Of a stretch of DNA of 64,000 nucleotides, positions 60,520 through 64,000 are shown piece by piece. The DNA comes from Hypanus sabinus. Taxonomy: Eukaryota. The stretch spans positions 29,326,001 through 29,390,000 of the forward strand of contig NC_082731.1 in assembly GCF_030144855.1 (NCBI RefSeq), written 5' to 3'. Every line of letters begins with the position of its first letter. Position 1 is the first letter of the stretch. A program made the position numbers and the translations under genes. The notes below the pieces were generated by a model. The model was not told the origin of the DNA, did not search any database, and saw only the letters and a list, made by a program, of their open reading frames with translations.

Positions 60520-63500
60520 TTGTGGAAAATTGGCATAGGGCAATTTACAAGGGCATTCAGCAGGAACTAAGAAGTGTTAATTGGAAACACTTTTTCTCTG
60601 GCAAGTCCACATCAGATATGTGGAGGGTGTTTAAAGAGCAATTGCATGGAGTACAGGAAAAGTATGTTCCTGTCAGAAGGAAGGATGGGGATGGAAAGAT
60701 AAGAGAACCCTGGATGTTCAGAGAGGTGATGAATATAGTCAAGAAGAAAAAGATAAAGTATGTAAAGCTTCAGAAGGTCAAATCAAACAAAGCACATCAG
60801 GGGTATAAAGAAGCCAGAAAGGAACCAAAGGGAATTAGGAAAGCCAGGATGGGCCATGAAAAGTCCTTGGCAAGTTGGATAAGGTGAATCCCAAGACATT
60901 CTATACATGTGTCAAGGGTAAGAGGATAACTCAGGAGAGAGTGGGACCACTCAGTGATAAAGGGAGAAATATCTGCTTGGATGCAGAGAATGTGAATGAG
61001 GTACTTATTGAGTACTTTGCTTCAGTATTTACAAAGGAAACGGATGTGGAGGACCAAGAGATCAGTACTGAGTGTATAAATAAATTCGGGCATTTCAAAG
61101 TAAAGTTGGAGGAAGTATTGGGCCTCTGAAAAATGATTAAGATCCATAAGTCCTCCGTACTAATGTCGTGCCTCTATTTATGAAGGGAACAAGGGTACAC
61201 CTTTAAGGGCAAGGTCCTTAACCGTGTTGCTGAGCAGAGAGACCTTGGGATGCAAGTTCAAACTCCTTGAAAGTGGCCGCGCAGGTCAATAAGGGGGTTA
61301 ACAAGGTTTATGGAAGGCTTGCTTTTATTAGTTGTGGCATTGAGTTCAAAGGTCAGGAGGTTATGTTGCAACTTTACAAAACTCTGGTTCAATCACATCT
61401 GGAGTATTGCGTAGAGTTCTGGTTGCCCCACGATAGGAAATATATTGAGGCTTTGGAGAGGGCGCAGAAGAGGTTTACGAGGATGCTGCCTGGTTCAGAG
61501 AGCATGTGCTATCATGAGAGGCTGGATAATCTTGGTTTGCATTCTTTGGAGCATCAGAGCTAAAGCTGGATCTATAGAGGTTGACAAGATTATGAGAGGC
61601 ATAGATAGAGTGGACAGAGAGAATCTCTTTTCCAGTTTTTCTCAGGAAGTAGGAGGGTATGGACATGGTGTAAGTAGGAGGAACTGATGACTGGATGGTT
61701 TTGATTTGCTTTACAGCTTGTTCAGCACATCATTGTGGGCTGAATGTCCTGTGCAGTACTAAATCGTTTTGGTGCCGGATCCCAAGGGAATGAATTTGTA
61801 GAATGTCTACTAGCTTGCTTTTTTAGAGCAGCTGGTGTTTGAACCCACTAGGCAGTTAGCTATTCTGGATTTGAGGTTTTGCAATGAATCAGAGTTAAAA
61901 TTAAAGGAACTCTTAGGAGCCAGTGATCATAATATGATAGAATTCACCCTGCAATTATTTTGAGAAGGTGAGCTAAAGTCATACTTATCAGTATTACTGT
62001 GGAGTAAAGGGAATTTCAGAGGCATTGAGAGGAGATGGCCAAAATTGATTGGAAGGGGATACTAGCAGGGATGATGGCAGAGAAGCAATGGCTGGAGATT
62101 CTGGGAGAAAATTGGAATGCACAAAATAGATGCATCCTAAAGAAGAAATGGCCAGGCCAGATGATGCCAGGCAGTATCTATGGAAAAGAGTAAACAAAAG
62201 ATGTTTCGGGCCAAGTCCCTTCATCAGCCTGAAACATGGACTGTTGACTCTTTTACACAGATGCTGCCAGGCCTGCTAAGCTCAACCAGCATTTTGTGGT
62301 GTTGCCTTAGAACCCATGGTACTACAGGAAAGATACTGGGGTGGTTAGAACCCTGGCTGATTGTCAAGAGGCACAGATTAGGAATAAAGGGAGCCTTTTC
62401 TGGTTAGCTGCCGGTAACCGGTGACTACATGTGACCGCATCTTTTCATATAAAATATCAATAATTTGGATAATGGAATTGATGGCTTTTATGGCAGGGTT
62501 GCAAATGATACAAAGATAGGTGGAAGGGCAGGCAGAGTTGAGGAAGCTTCTTATGGTGGATGAGTCTACGACCAGAGAGCACAGCATCAAAATTGAGGGG
62601 CCTTTTTTAGAAAGGAGATCAGGACAAACTTTTATCAGCAGAGAGTCATGAACCTGTGGAATTCACTGTCACATGCGGCTGTGGAGGCCAATTCTTTAGG
62701 TATATTCAAGGCAGAGGTTGATAGATTCTTGATTAGTCAGGGCATGAAGGTGGACAGGGAGAAGGCAGGAGATTGGGGTTGAGAGGGAAAATGGATCAGC
62801 CATGATGAAATGGTGAAGCAGACTTGATGGGCCAAAATGGCCTAGCTCCACTGCTATAACTTATGGTCTTAATGGAGAAGTTCTGAGGGTTAAGAGCTAC
62901 TTCAAAAATCCTTGGGTTGATTAGGATTAGTCAGCAAGGCTCTGTGTGTGGGAGATTATGTCTCATGAATTTCCTCCATTTCATCCCTGCACCATCTTCC
63001 ATAAGACCATAAGGTTTCTCTCTTTCTGTTCCCATCTGTTCATTCCTCATCTATTATGGCAAAGTAATTTAGTGAGAATGGCTCCAGCTGCAGTGTTTTG
63101 CTCTCTGTGTGGGTTGTGGGAAGTTTGGGAGACTCCTGTCTCTCAGGTGAACACATCTGTACCAGATGCACTGAGTTGCAGCAACTGAGAGAATGTATTA
63201 AGGAACTGAAGCCGCGACTCGATGAGCTTTGACTCATTCGGGAGACTGAGGAGGTGATAGACAGGAGCTACAGGGAGGTAGTTACCCCAAGGCTGCAGGA
63301 GAGAGGTAGCTGGGTGACTGTCAGGAAAAGGAGGGCAAATGCACAACCAGTGCAGAGAACACCTGTGGCTGTTCCACTCAATAATTTCAGTATTTAACTT
63401 TAGATACAATGGAGAGGAATTGACCTACTGGGAGGATCCAGAATGACTGGGTCTCTGGCACTTAGTCTGATGATGTGGGTCAGAAGAGGAGAGAGGTTAA

Positions 63501-64000
63501 GAGTAATACAGTGATGATAGGAGATTCCTTTGTCAGAAGAACAGGGACGAGGTTCTGTGGGCTTGATAGAGACACACAGATGGTATGTTTCATCTCAGCT
63601 GCCAGGAACAGCTGCCGTTCACATTGTCTTTCTTACAAGACACTCCAAACTACACCAGTTTCCAAGAGTACGGATATCTGGCACGGCTAGATTTAAACAG
63701 AGAGAGGAGAAATGGGCTAAAAATTCTATATCTGAATGCATGAAGTGTCAGAAATAAAGCAGATGAGCTTGAAGCTCAGGTGCGAATGGGTAACTATGAT
63801 GTTGTTGGGATAACGGAGACATAGCTGCAGGGAGATCAGACCTGGGAAATGAATGTACAAGGGTATACGTGCTATTGTTGGGACAGAAATATGGGCAGAG
63901 GGGGTGCGGTGGCCCTGTTGGTGAGGAATGAGATTCAGTCCTTTGCAAGGGGGGACATAGGATCAGGAGAAGTAGAGTCTGTATGGATAGAACTGAGGAA
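60520..64000 (+). mobile_element. Cluster of degraded CR1 fragments (with a Penelope-like piece at ~62212-62300)
   Basis: Repeated CR1 ORF2 and ORF1/esterase-like remnants (VMIGDSFVR, YDVVGITET); extends beyond the window. Confidence 0.75.

Overview
Cartilaginous-fish genomic DNA (probably a ray or skate; an inference from the repeat content) carrying one almost complete IgW (IgD-related) heavy-chain minilocus on the + strand, embedded in dense transposon debris. Exon order read from the sequence: leader (15637-15682), VH with a 23-bp RSS, a (D)JH segment with a 12-bp RSS, a 12.2-kb J-C intron (holding a full-length antisense L1 and a 43-bp minisatellite), CH1, CH2, Cys-rich secretory exon SEC1, CH3a, CH4a, CH5, CH6 with tailpiece. 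About 14 kb further on lie a duplicated CH3b-CH4b pair, a candidate 120-aa second secretory exon with an in-frame internal splice donor, and TM1. All C exons are open and phase 1-1. Top leads: (1) an apparently germline pre-joined VD-DJ arrangement needing one recombination; (2) a second constant-region module (CH3b-CH4b-SEC2/hinge-TM) placed 3' of the tailpiece exon; (3) a non-autonomous Gypsy LTR element that appears to carry an intronless, internally deleted myosin heavy-chain rod fragment in place of RNase H/integrase. No prokaryotic features or CRISPR arrays. Family assignments rest on my recognition of motifs, not on database searches.
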